Assembly (NCBI GenBank): GCA_000442015.1
Contig: KE561130.1
Span: forward strand, 1 to 64,000
Length of the DNA stretch: 64,000 nt
Source of the DNA: Rozella allomycis CSF55
Lineage: Eukaryota
Direction: 5' to 3'
This document shows, one piece after another, positions 39,502-56,895 of this stretch. Each line of letters begins with the position of its first letter. Within the stretch, counting starts at the first letter, position 1. The notes beneath the pieces are model-generated. The model made no database searches, was not told the origin of the DNA, and was given only the letters and a program-made list of their open reading frames with translations. Both the position numbers and the translations under genes were made by a program.

Positions 39502-40803
39502 ATGCTGCAGCTCAAAATCGGTTTCTCTGCAGCTCTTTTCGTGATTGGATTATTTTCCTCATATCTGCCTTTCTTTCTCAAAAGTCGTGTCAAAAATGTC
39601 AACAAATTCTTATCGTTCGGTAACGCTCTTGCCACTGGTGTTATTCTTGGAGCGCTTTTAATGCATATGCTTCCTCATTTATTCCATAGTCATGCTGGAA
39701 CAGGAGTGTCTGTTAAAGACTTCACCCGTGCTCATGCCAACATCAACCTTGGAAATGAAAAGTGCACAAAGGATCACATTAACAACGATTGCCATTCGCG
39801 TGCTCATAGCCACGAAGAAAAGAAAACTTGTCAACATAGCCATACAAAATCATGTAAGCATACGCACACTCATGAGCACCATCAACAGGAACATCTTAAG
39901 CAGGAAGATGATAAAGATAAAGCGAATGGAAAACATTGCGGTCATAATCATCATGGAAAGGTGGAAGAATTAAAAGAAGGCCACCGTGAACATGAGCACA
40001 AAGAGAATGGAAAACATTGTGGCCATAATCATCATGGCAAAGTGAAANACCCTGATCATGAGCACAAAAAGAATGGAAAACATTGTGGCCATAATCATCA
40101 TGGCAAAGTGGAAGAATTGAAGGAAGATCACAATTGTGGTGGAGGTTGCTCTGGTCATGGTTATCCTTGGGGTGCCTTATTTGCTGGTATTACATTCTTT
40201 TTCATGATCGGCATTGATAAAATGATGCATGCTCATGGAGCAACTTGCAACCATAGCCATCAACACGGAAATCATGAATCCTCTTGTTCATCAAAGACTG
40301 ATCCCGAAAAGGGCCACGAACAAATTGAAATTCATTTTCATGAAGTTCCCATCCAAGCCTCGAAATCAAAAGCCCTTATTTTCATCATTTCACTCGGAAT
40401 CCACTCTTTTATTGAGGGAATGGGTGCTGGCGCAAGTGAAGGCAGAAGAATGTGGTCTATGTTTATTTCTCTGTTAGCTCACAAAGGACTCGAATCATTT
40501 GCTTTGGGTATGAGTATTTTCAATGCTAAATTTTCTAAAACCTGGTCTTTTCTCATTATAGCGCTAATCGCACTACTCACACCCCTAGGCTGTGGTCTTG
40601 GTATTGGCTTGGATCATCTAATAAGCAGCTTGCATCGGGAAACATTTGATTCGATAATTAATGGTTTGGCTTCTGGCTCATTTTTGTATATTAGTTGTAT
40701 AGAGATGATTCCTAGCGTTTTGGGTGGACACTACCAACTACCTAAATACATCATTATGTTGGTTGGTTTTTCTGCAATGGCGATCATACAAATCTTTCAC
40801 TGA
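39502..40803 (+). CDS. ZIP family Zn/Fe transporter with His-rich loops
   Basis: GVILGALLMHMLP, HSFIEG, HKGLE, SGSFLYI; three NGKHCGHNHHGKV repeats. Confidence 0.9.
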   Translation: MLQLKIGFSAALFVIGLFSSYLPFFLKSRVKNVNKFLSFGNALATGVILGALLMHMLPHLFHSHAGTGVSVKDFTRAHANINLGNEKCTKDHINNDCHSRAHSHEEKKTCQHSHTKSCKHTHTHEHHQQEHLKQEDDKDKANGKHCGHNHHGKVEELKEGHREHEHKENGKHCGHNHHGKVKXPDHEHKKNGKHCGHNHHGKVEELKEDHNCGGGCSGHGYPWGALFAGITFFFMIGIDKMMHAHGATCNHSHQHGNHESSCSSKTDPEKGHEQIEIHFHEVPIQASKSKALIFIISLGIHSFIEGMGAGASEGRRMWSMFISLLAHKGLESFALGMSIFNAKFSKTWSFLIIALIALLTPLGCGLGIGLDHLISSLHRETFDSIINGLASGSFLYISCIEMIPSVLGGHYQLPKYIIMLVGFSAMAIIQIFH

Positions 40804-40869
40804 CAAAATAAATAATTTCATGTAAATATTTTTTTAGTTTATTTGGTAAATACGAGACTAAATTTTGTT

Positions 40870-41109
<240 letters not shown>

Positions 41110-41244
41110 TTAGAAAATTACGAAAAAATGATATAACTTTTTCTTGATGCCGAATGAAAATTTATAAACCAAAAGTTTGGAATATCTAACAATTGGGCGA
41201 GTAAGTTCGTCTTTTGTTAACATTGGAATTTAGAAATTTCAAAA

Positions 41245-41809
41245 ATGGAGGACGAGTTTGATAAAGGTGCCGACGATGAAGTAGCTCTTCCTCTCGGTAA
41301 AAAATAAGATATTTTATTATATTAGCTACAGTGAAGAAGTTAATTCAAGATTGTACGAGCCCTGAAATAATATGTACGAAAGAATACCGTGATATAGTTA
41401 ATGAATGTTGTACTGGTAATGATCTTACTACATTCATTTTAGAATTCATTCATCTTATTTCATCGGAAGCAAATGAAATATCTGAAAAAGGGAAGAAGAA
41501 AACAATTGGGCCTGAACATATCATTCAAGCACTGCAAGCCCTAGGATTCGAAGATTTTGTATCTGAATTAGAATTAACAATGAATGATGCTAAAAATACA
41601 GCAAAGGTACTTGCAATAATTTTGTAATATGCAAGCAAAGGGAAAGGAAGGTTTCTACCCTCGAGGCATCTGGCCTAACAGAAACTGAGCTTTTAAAACA
41701 ACAAGAAGAACTATTCGCTAAAGCAAGAGAAAATTTAAGCCGGTCACTGTCTGGTCTGCCGGTGGCAGGCGATGAGCAAGAACTAACGGAGACAGAGGAG
41801 AACGAGTAG
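41245..41809 (+). CDS. NCB2: Negative cofactor 2 beta (Dr1)
   Basis: LPLATVKK, EFIHLISSEANEI..KKTIGPEH..ALQALGF, ELLKQQEELF. Confidence 0.92.
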
Positions 41810-41818
41810 AAATTCCTT

Positions 41819-42589
41819 TTATTTTAATAAATCATCAAATGCTTCCTGTTTTGTTTTGATAGTTCGCTTGCTATTGAACTTGATGAAGAATAATAAAGCA
41901 ATGAATAAAATAATGAGGAAACCCCATCGCTTTATCCTTGTCAAATTTTTGTACATTGATAAAGATTTTTTGTACTTTGAGTCTTCGGGGCTAATTTTGT
42001 ACTAATCATTGTATTACGGTGTTATGAAAGGCATTTGAAAAGAGCTCTCACCATCAATGCTATTTCGATGTTGCTTTTCTGGCGGCTATTCCACATTTAT
42101 ATAAAACTTACATTTTCTGACTCAATTTTGAACCAATTAAGATGTCCTACTTGACTAATCACTTGGGTTGCCACTGTTGACGATGAAACTTGACTTTGAG
42201 AGGGAATTATTGAACACAAAAATGATATAAAAATATTTAAATACTTGACAAACAGGACAAGATAAATCTTTAGATATTGTAGTGCAATGGATGTCTAAGC
42301 AATCAATATGAAAAACATCTGCATTTAAGATCATTAGAATTAATTTACCATAGCAGCATAACCTTACTGTTGGTCTCGAATCATCCTGAAACATTTTTTT
42401 GCATATAACGCATGCTGGTGAATAATCAGAGTCCTGAAGCCACTGCAAATAAGTCTTCACATAGCACTATTAAGGAATCAATTATAGCAATACTGTCCTA
42501 TGTTCTGAAAGCATGCATGATTCGCATATATTTTTCTTGTGATCAAAGCAAAAGAGATTCGTAACAACTCGGCATTTGCAAAGTCCCAT
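41819..42589 (-). CDS. ZFPL1: ZFPL1-like zinc finger protein with C-terminal TM helix
   Basis: [36 protein letters not shown]; hydrophobic tail. Confidence 0.85.
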
Positions 42590-42638
42590 ATTCAAAATTG
42601 TTTTATGAAATTTCAATATTGTCACACCATTGTTAAAA

Positions 42639-45980
<3,342 letters not shown>

Positions 45981-46027
45981 CGTATTAAAATACTGTAATT
46001 GCAAAAACGCTAGTTCAAATTCTCACT

Positions 46028-47147
46028 ATGAACTTTGTAAAATTCTTAATGGTGAGAATACTCTTTTCTCCGCCGTGGGCTACGTTTGCCCTTTTAACAC
46101 TAATGACATGGTTCTTTATCTTAGACTTGTATATAATGAAGAAATATAGAATTGATTTTTCCAAAGCCATAGAAACTAGAATATTCATCAGTGATATAAT
46201 TTTATTAGCATCTTTGATGTCGGCAATATTTTCCATAAGTTATGGATTATGTGTCATTAATGCATTGTCAGAAGCTAACTCTTTAAGATTATTGTATTTT
46301 CCATCAATCCTTTTCTTACCAAGTCCATTCCCTTTCCTTAGAAGTTCAAGACAGAAACTCTTCTCAAGTTTGACACGAATCATAAGTTTAGAATTTAGAG
46401 AACCGGTATGTTTTGCCGACAATCTTTTGGCTGACATATTATGCAGCTTTGCAAGGTGCCTAGGGAATCTACCAATCCTTTTTTCTTGGCTGATTTTGGG
46501 ATATGGTGAAGAATCTACATTAAAATCGTTTTTCTCTATTATTCTACTGGGGTAAATGTCTTTCCCTTTTTTCATTAGACTCCCAGTTTTTTGGAGATTC
46601 AGACAATGTCTATGTGATTACTCCTTCAGTAAAAAAATTCGAAACATATTCAATTCAATTAAGTATGCAACATCATTCCCTATTCTACTTGTAGTTGCTT
46701 TACAGAATAGCTTGGGTGACATCATCCTTCCTTGGCTGTAAAAAATTTACCTCGCATTTATCAAGGTTGGTTACATTTTCGATACAATCTGTATATTCCT
46801 TTTACTGGGACATCAAAATGGATTGGAGTTTAGGCGACTCGAATTACAGTTTCTTACGAAGAAACATATTAATGCCTCGATTATTTTATTACTTCGCTAT
46901 ACTTACTGACGTTACAGTGAGATTCTTGTGGGCATTTAAATGGGTTTATCACGACTATCAATTAGTTACAGATTCAGTTGAGGCTATTTTCTATATTCAA
47001 ATATCAGAAATTTTTAGAAGATCTATGTGGATAATTATAAGAGTTGAGGCATATCAACTATCTTTAGTTAAATCTAGCACGAACTTTCATCTCATGACGT
47101 CTAATCAATCAGATATATCTGACTTCCGTCAAAGTTTAATAAATTAA
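46028..47147 (+). CDS. EXS-domain membrane protein (ERD1-like)
   Basis: V.FADNLLADILCS, P.FWRFRQC, YSFYWDIKMDW, EIFRR.MW..IRVE. Confidence 0.85.
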
Positions 47148-47197
47148 TCTTCGCGACCTATAAATGCCTCAATACTATTAGCAACCTTTAAGTCAAC

Positions 47198-47761
47198 ATG
47201 CAATCGATTGGACAGACATTCCAACAAACTACTGGAGCAGTCACCCAGACTGTTATGGGTGATATACTAAGAGGCCGTTATCAACGCATATCTCGATTTA
47301 TTGGTGATCGTTTATCAGACCTTGCTAGAATCATCCGGACAACATATAACTCTTACCCGCCGCTAGCTGGGTATCTCCTAACATTGGTACTGATGAGCGC
47401 TATCCCAGGTGGTATATTTTTTACGTACGCAACCATATGTACAACAATCTTTGGGGGAATTGCCACCATTGGTTTTTCGTAAATCTAATATTATTGTCTT
47501 ATAGTGTTGTTAATGGTTTTTGGCTCGTAATAGGCGGAGGATTGTTTTTATTAGTTTTGGCTGGAATTGGTATATTTTCAACTTTTGTCTGGTTTTGGCT
47601 TGGAGTAATTTTTATCATTAACAATTATGCAGCTCATATGGATGGCATATCGAACGACGGCTAGGGTAACTTCAGCGGTTGGAAGTGTAGTTACAAGTGG
47701 ATCCACATCAGGGGTACCAAGTGCATTGGGTGTTCCTCCATCAGTATATCCCAGTACTTGA
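47198..47761 (+). CDS. Promethin/LDAF1-like lipid droplet membrane protein
   Basis: YPPLAGYLLTLVLMSAIPGGIF followed by long hydrophobic hairpins; two mini-introns. Confidence 0.6.
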
Positions 47762-47833
47762 ATAAATAAAGATTGCAGCTTGTCAACTTTGTAATTCACT
47801 TTTATGTTTCACAAATTTCTAAAACAACAAGTC

Positions 47834-49449
47834 ATGACTTTCGAAGGTATCAACGACCTGTCCCTCCCTGTGGTTCACCCTTGGGTAAAAAGAGTTTAGT
47901 AAAATTATAGAATAAATGCCTGGATGTCCCCCTACAACAAGAAGACCCTGAGATTTTTGCCCTGATCGAAAAAGAAAAGGAAAGACAGAAATCATGTTTG
48001 GAACTTATAGCATCGGAAGTATAATTTAAATTTATTCTTGATTCGTAGAATTTTACGTCTCATGCGGTTATGGAGGCGAATGGAAGCGTTCTCACCAATA
48101 AATACTCCGAAGGTAGTATTGGAATTTAGTGGATATAGGACTTCCAGGTGCGAGATATTATGGTGGAAACGAAGTTATTGACCAGGTTGAAGATTTATGC
48201 CGAGAAAGAGCTCTTAGAGCATTTAATTTGGATCCAGAAGAATGGGGTGTTAACGTACAGCCCTATTCAGGATCTACAGCTAATTTCGCAGCGTTTACTG
48301 CATTGATCAAGCCACATGATCGAATCATGGGACTTGATTTGCCATCTGGGGGACAGTAATAAACTTGATATAGCATCTTAGTCTTACTCATGGCTATCAA
48401 ACAATCAAGAAGAAAATATCAGCATCATCTATTTATTTTGAATCAATGCCATACCAAGTAAACGAAGAAAGTGGGCTCATTGATTATGATCAACTGGAGA
48501 AAAACGCACGTCTTTTTCGTCCAAAATTGATTATTTGCGGTGCTAGTGCATATCCTAGAGAGTGGAATTATGCCAGACTACGAGACATTGCTAATGCAAA
48601 TTCTGCTTACCTTCTTGCTGATATGGCGCACATTAGCGGCCTAGTTGCATCTGGAGAAGCTGAAAGTCCATTTAAGTTTTGCGATGTTGTCACCACAACT
48701 ACCCATAAGACACTACGAGGTAATGTTCGTTTAAGGATATAAGATAGGACCAAGAGCAGGATTGATATTCTTTAGAAAAGTAAGTGACCTTGAGTCGAGA
48801 ATCAATTCTGCGGTGTTTCCTTCTTGCCAAGGTGGTCCTCATAATAACACTATTGCAGCGATTGCTGTCGCTCTAAAGCAAGTGTCTGACCCATGTTTCA
48901 AATTATATGCTAAGCAAGTTAAACTAAACGCAGTTGCTTTGTCTTCAGCACTTCAATCCTTTGGCTACAAGATCGTCACAAGTGGGACAGNGCTACAAGA
49001 TCGTCACAGGTGGGACAGATAACCACTTATTACTTTGGGATTTACGACCACTAAAGTTAACAGGTAGTAAAATGGAAAAAATATGTGATTATGTCAAGTA
49101 AATTAAGTATAATTCTATCTTAGCATCACCTTGAACAAAAACGCAATTCACGGGGATACCAGCGCGTTATCCCCCGGAGGAATACGACTTGGAACACCTT
49201 CTTTAACTTCAAGATCATTTAATGAAGATCATTTCCAAATAGTTGCCGGGCTATTACATGAAACTGTCCAACTTGCATTAGATATCCAATCAAAGACTGG
49301 AACTAAATTGTTAAAAGACTTTGAACAGTCTCTAGTACTGGATGAAAGAGTCAATGTAATTATTTAGATGACTATTTATCTAGTCATTGAAACAAAAAGT
49401 CGTGGAATTCGCGAAAAAATTTCCCGCTCCGGGATTTTCTTTTCAATAA
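47834..49449 (+). CDS. Serine hydroxymethyltransferase
   Basis: [39 protein letters not shown]-overlap artefact at 48991. Confidence 0.96.
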
Positions 49450-49473
49450 AATTCATATTTCAAAATTTTCTAA

Positions 49474-50232
49474 ATGTCTTGGAAGGCTCTAGATTTAAGT
49501 CACATCGACAAAACTAAAGTTTACGATCCAGACGGTAAAATAGTGCCTATCATTTTCAAGTGGTAGATGACTCATTTCTCATGGGCGATACTTTGATCAA
49601 CGAATCAGGCTTTTTAAGAAATATTCTGAAACCTACAGTGTGCGTTGAAATAGGCTGCGGATCTGGCGCCGTTATTACTATTTTGCATGAAATTATGAAG
49701 GGACTCGGTATTCACTTGAAGTGGCTAAAATAGCTGTTTGCATAGGCACAGATATAAATTTAAATGCATTAAATTGCACCAAGAAAACTTCATCAGTACA
49801 AAATGAATTATTTTCAAAAACATTAGAATACGGTCGAGACAATAAGAACTGATCTATTTTCTGGAATTCGGACAAAACCCGACGTTGTTGTTTTCAATCC
49901 TCCTTATGTAGTTACTGACAATGAAGAATTGAAATTAAAAGATCCTCTCGTACAGGCATATGCTGGAGGGTACAAGGGAAGAGTGGTTATTGATCGATTT
50001 CTTAGTCAATTAGAAGTAAATTAACGATAAAAATGTTGATTAATAGAATATTTTGGGTCCGTGTTCAACATTATATTTACTTTTGATTCAACCTAACGAT
50101 GTTGACGAAGTCCGATCCATTCTTAGAGAGAAAGGGATATATTCTTCAATTATTGCAAAAAGAAGGTCTTTAATTGAGCAGATTTTCATTTTGAAGTGTT
50201 CTAGAAATATCCAATACGTTGAATGTTGTTAA
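49474..50232 (+). CDS. HemK-family methyltransferase (N6AMT1/Mtq2-like)
   Basis: VYDP.DDSFL, EIGCGSG, FNPPYV, AYAGG..GR.VIDRF. Confidence 0.88.
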
Positions 50233-50306
50233 GAAATTTCACAAATAAAATTTTGACCCCGGTTAAAGCTAAAGGTAAAGCATTTGTAGCATTTAAAAAC
50301 TTCTTT

Positions 50307-50380
50307 ATGATGATGTTTCTAAACTTTCGTTCTACCGAATAACATGTTATATATTTGTTATGCGGACAACCTTGCACTGA
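50307..50380 (+). ncRNA. Box C/D snoRNA, snR54/SNORD59-like, within the RPL29 5'UTR intron
   Basis: C box ATGATGA 50307-13; guide AACTTTCGTTCT 50322-33 complementary to conserved 18S AGAACGAAAGUU; D' CCGA 50335-38; D box CTGA 50377-80. Confidence 0.8.
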
Positions 50381-50431
50381 TACTTTTTTTGATGTTTTTT
50401 TAAAAAAATGAGCGTATCTAATTTCTAGGAA

Positions 50432-50674
50432 ATGGCAAAGTCAAAGAATCACACTAACCATAATCAAAGTAATAACATTTTATCATTATCATATAGACAG
50501 AAAAGCTCACCGCAATGGAATCAAAAAAGTGAAGACCCATCGTTACAAATCCCTAAAAGGAGTATGATTGGTTTATTTTAAATATTAAAGGTCGATCCAA
50601 AATTTGTTCGCAACCAAAAATTTGCTCGTCGTGGAACTATCAGGGCTTTGAGAGCTACAAAAATGCAAGAATAA
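50432..50674 (+). CDS. RPL29: 60S ribosomal protein eL29
   Basis: MAKSKNHTNHNQNRKAHRNGIKK...SLKGVDPKFVRNQKFA across 2 mini-introns; too fragmented to appear in the ORF track. Confidence 0.96.
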
Positions 50675-50708
50675 ATGTTACATCAATATTTTATAAAATT
50701 TGTTTATT

Positions 50709-51783
50709 TCACTGAAAAGCCAATGACGCAATCATTGAAGCAGAACTTTGCATTATGTTGTTACCCATTGTCTCTTCAACATTTTGCAAAAGATGCCTTT
50801 TCGGATCACGTTTGCCAATATGGCGGGTCTTAAGTTGTTCTTCTGTCAAGGTATCCTCTTCCTGAACACTTTTGTTGTACGCTTCTGTAAGAGCGAGCAT
50901 TTTCTAAATTTCTGGAAAGGATTTCTTACCTTGATTGTTTCCGCATTCTTCGTAGAATGAGCTTCATGGTCAGATAGTTTTAGGCCGCTACTCCAAGTCT
51001 TTTTGTGCAAATTAAGTAGCATTTTTTGTTCAAGCTCATTCTTTCTATAGTTCATCGCGATGGAATAGTAATGTCTATTCAAACCGTGTATGAGAGTCTT
51101 TGTCAATGGAATATTTATATAATACCTGGATAGATGGTTTTTGCAAATGACCAATATTAGAGGTTGTTTGTCTTGGCTCGCGATTGGTTAAAATGTACTG
51201 AGCATCAATTAACCTGAACGCATCTATCACAACCTTCCCTTTAACTGACTGAATCGGATCAATAACAACAGCAACAGCACGTTTATGAAGCGATTCAAAA
51301 CTCTAGTTTTCATAAAAACACATTTTCACCTGCTGAGTATTGACATCGACTGCAGATAGCCAGCAGCCAAAACCTGGATGTGAGTGATACCAACCAACCA
51401 CGATTTCAGGTCTTCCTGTTTGCTTCAACATATCTAACATGCTTGTTTGAAACGCAGGATCTACTGACTCAACTGAAACTGATGTTCCGGATTGAGGCAT
51501 TGCAAACACATCAACAACCTGGACAGTGTAATCGTCAATAAACTCCCCAAGCATTAGTCCCATGACTTCCATAGGCACACCAGCGCGTCCTGTGTTTAGA
51601 TATGATTATCCTTACCATGTTTCAGCATCTATTAAGCGTGACAAAAATATTTACCTTCAGTAAAGCCAAGGAGGATATATGAATAACCTCTGAAGTGTCC
51701 ATAATTTGTACATCTTGCCCCTGCTGAGTCATCTGAGTCATCCCTCCCGCAGAAGCTAGTAGTTGTTGCAATCGTCTTTCCAT
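50709..51783 (-). CDS. RPN11: 26S proteasome deubiquitinase Rpn11
   Basis: [29 protein letters not shown] motif [16 protein letters not shown]. Confidence 0.96.
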
Positions 51784-51911
51784 TAAAAATTGCCAGGGTT
51801 AAATACGTATGATTAAGTAAAATATCTGAAACATTCAGTGGACTTATGTTTATTTAATGCTTTTTCTTATTCCAAATTGTAATAACATATCAGGAATACC
51901 ATTTGAAGCCC

Positions 51912-52766
51912 ATGTGGCTCATCATCTTCATATCGATTTTCGTCGCCGTTACAGTTTCATGGATATTCCTTTTACTTCAAAATGGAAAAGAATTCAAGAG
52001 GTTAGATGAGAAAGTTGCTGTAATCGTTGCTCATCCTGACGATGAATGCCTATTCTTTGCACCAACTATTGTTAAACTGATTTCAGCTGGAAAAGATGTA
52101 CATATATTTTGTTTAAGCAACGGTATTATTTATATCTATTTGTTTTATCAAGGCAATTATGAAGGATTGGGAATGAGAAGGGAGCAGGAGTTTAAGAGAA
52201 GTTGTCAAGCATTAGGAATACAAGATGAGAATATTGTACTAAATATGGAAGAGTAAGTGTTATTTTATTTATGCATAAGTATATTCAAAGATAATCCATC
52301 ATTAACTTGGAGTCCAACCCTTGTTGGGGAACATGTTAAGAATTTAATCGAAATACGAAAAATTAAATCAGTAATCATAGCCGTATAAGTTAATTAGGTT
52401 ATCAGTTTTGATGATTATGGCGTTTCAGGCCATTTGAATCACATTTCAGTTTTTCATGGATTGAAGTAAGAAACCCGACTCGTCTTATCTAGCCAATTGA
52501 AGAGAAGTAACTGGGATTTAAAAATTTATAAGCTTCATAGTGTACCTCTCTGGAGAAAATATTTAGGTGTTTTTGATGTTCCATTGACATTTTATTCCCA
52601 AAAGTGGAAAACTGTCACGTTTACATTAAGCCCGTATGAAGTTTATAAGAAAGGATTTTATGCAATGAAAATGCATAGTAGTCAATTGGTTTGGTTTCGT
52701 TTCTTGTTTTTGATTTCAAGCCGATACATGATAACGAATACTTTGACAGAAATTGAGTTAAGATAA
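51912..52766 (+). CDS. GPI12: GlcNAc-PI de-N-acetylase (PIG-L)
   Basis: N-terminal TM helix, AHPDDE, FDDYGVSGHLNH, HSSQLVWFR. Confidence 0.9.
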
Positions 52767-52869
52767 AACAAGATTTGTCATAATAAATGATTGAATTTTC
52801 TACTTATATTCTATTTTTGATGAAATTGTCGTTAGGAACCCTCGTCGTTACCGGGGGTTTATTTGCCGA

Positions 52870-54005
<1,136 letters not shown>

Positions 54006-54158
54006 ATATTAACTTTTGTTAATTATAAATGATTTTCATTTTCTTACTTTTATTCTTCTTTTTAAATTTTTGATATAATATGGTTGTTCAGAACCTTTAG
54101 TTACACATTGTCAAATTTCCTTACAGGGCAGACCCACCCAAAATCGATTAATTGAATT

Positions 54159-55727
54159 ATGCAAGGGAATGTATCATTGTCAAAGTGGCAAACTATTTTT
54201 TGTATTGCTAATTTGGCAATGTTGCTGCCTGGGGTATATTACGCGTATGACATCCCAGCTAGTCTTTATGCAGTTCTACAAAATGAACTGGGCTCAAATG
54301 ATGAAGAATATGAATATCAAATGCAGTTAATGTATGCACTTTATTCATTTCCAAACATAATTCTTCCAGTAGGTGTTGGGGCAGTAATGGATAGGCTTGG
54401 GACACCAAAGTCCATTACGGTTGTTTTCTTTTTCGTGATCCTTGGGCAAATATTGACGAGCTTGGGCGTTGCTAACAAATCTTTCTATATAATATTGACC
54501 GGGCGAACCATTTTCGGTATTGGTGGCGAGTCTGTGAACATTGTCCAAGGGAATCTATCTTCATACTTTTTTAATGGATCGTTTTTATCATTTGTGTTGG
54601 CATTCAATACTAGTGTAGCCAGAGCCGGTTCTGTAGCTAATGATCTGCTTACAAGACGGATACAGATGGCATACGGAAGCGCATTTGCCTTCTGGGTTGG
54701 AACATTGATTTGTGCTGTAGCAAGTATAAGTAAAGAAAAAACCCCCTATAAATGCTAGGTGCGTTATGGTTAGCAAGATTTTATTCAAAAATGTCCAGAA
54801 ATCAACTTTTGCAGATTCCCACTAATAGCCAAGCGCATGTAGAATATCAAAATGAGAGTCAAGTGAACTTGACTGAGCAAGTTGAAGCGCGTATGAAACA
54901 TTCATCATCAAATTCTTCAACTGAAAACATAGATGAAAAAGGAATGCAGACTGTGATATTGCCAGTTTTTGATGACACTAGAATGGATATGTCTATCAGA
55001 CAAAAAGCTTTTCAAAATATCAAATACGTTTATCAAAACTTTCCCCTTCCTTTCTGGCTTATTTGCGCCGATCTTTTGATATTCAATGGCATCATGATCC
55101 CCTTCAACTTAATACAATCTAGTTTCGTTGGTGATAAATTTTTTGGCGGAGATGATGTGACAGCAAAAGGTCTGATGAGTGTAACAACAAATAGATCAAA
55201 TAATAAAGATTCCAAACACCGCTTGTGTATTCTTGGGACCTCTAATCGGAATTATTCAAGACAAGAAGGGAAACTTGCCATTTTATCTAATCGCTTGTGG
55301 CGGTTTGTATTTTATTTCTCACAGCTTACTTACTTTTAGCAATATGCCACCAATTATCGCCATATCATTATTGTCATTTCCATATGTTTTCCAATTGACA
55401 GTGTGGCCATGCATCCCAAAGCTTTTACAAGAAAAAGACGTGTCGTTGGGATTTGGCATTGCTACTGCAATTATGAATCTAGGTCTTTTCCTAGTTCCTA
55501 TTATTGTTGCGTGGGTTGGAACAAGCGCTTCCGACCTGAAGAACGGACAAATGAAAAGTTTTTACAATCAAGAATATCTATTTTTGAGCATGGCTTTTCT
55601 ATCGATTATTATTTCCATAATTTTGTTTGATGTAGATAAAAGAAGATTTGCATCAATTTTATCAAATGTTAAAATTGAAGATAAAGATACCGTAGAGTTA
55701 CATTCATCTATTAGCAAAGAATCCTGA
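54159..55727 (+). CDS. MFS transporter (MFSD1-like)
   Basis: YYAYDIP, YSFPNIILP..G..MDRLG, GRTIFGIGGES; multiple TM helices. Confidence 0.85.
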
Positions 55728-55806
55728 ATTTACGTCCACAGGATTTTGTGAAGAGGCAATAAAATTTATTTACGTTCGTTCAAGAATATATTTTCATTTA
55801 TTAACC

Positions 55807-56592
55807 TTATACATATTGTTGGAATTTTGATATCGACAGGTCTAATGTTATTTCATGCACATATTTACTAGCACTTGTCAACACCTTGCCCTCGGCATCT
55901 GTGCCTGACCATCCAACATAAATCTATGATATCAAATATCAATATTATACTTTAATGTTACACGGATCTTTTTCAGTACACCTTTTAGCTGGAACACCAT
56001 CAAGACAAGGTAATTTTTGGCTTAAAAATCGATCGCAAGTTGATTGATCCCAGAATACATCAACAATTATTCCTTACGTTCATTGTTAAATAGTTCTACC
56101 TTTGTTTAATCTGATTATCATTGTCCGTGATTTGGCACCGGCCTCGATTTGAGAATCATACCAAGGTCTTGGCGAAAGAGACACTAGAGAGTTATTGTAT
56201 AAGACATCAACACCGATACTTGGCGCGTATGCAGTAACCAGATCATTACCTTGAATAAAGCGATGATGCTTTTAGTTACTGTTGGGAATACTCAGTGCCG
56301 AGTATGTATCTACAGGTGCAAAAAATTGTGCTGTTTGATTGAATGTTGTTGAATAAGTTGAATTCACAGCAACAGATGCATAAAATCGCATATACATAGC
56401 CACGCATTCATCTTTTGAGTATAGAGTTTTTGATTTGAGTCTGTTGACCATCGCATTGCAAGCGCCTGCGACAGTAGAAACACCACAATTGCATGTCTTA
56501 TCTGATCCAGAGGTTGGAACTGATGATACAGTTTGAGTTTGGCCATTTAAGAAGAGGCATTGTGACAAGAAAAGCAGGAAGAATAAAAACAT
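55807..56592 (-). CDS. Secreted Cys-containing protein of unknown function, multi-exon
   Basis: Signal peptide MFLFFLLFLSQCLFLNG; spliced C-terminus CTEKDPCNIK|IYVGWSGTDAEGKVLTSA. Confidence 0.65.
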
Positions 56593-56895
56593 AACGAGAT
56601 TACGTAAACAAACAAACCTATTCTTTTGAATGAATAAAGGACTCTATTTTAATTAATGTAAAAGTAAATTTCTTTCGCATTATTTTTTGACTGAATGTTT
56701 ATTAACTAAATAATGTAAAATTTGAAGTGCTTTGAATAAGATGATAGAATTTACATTTTCTCTTTTAAAATTGTATTGATAATTAATAGAAATCTAAAGA
56801 AATTTACAGAATAAAGAATTTTTAATTTTTCCAAAATGGGAATAGTATTTTTCCAGGTTGACATTGTTTAAGGAAATAGTGAACCCTTGTAAATA

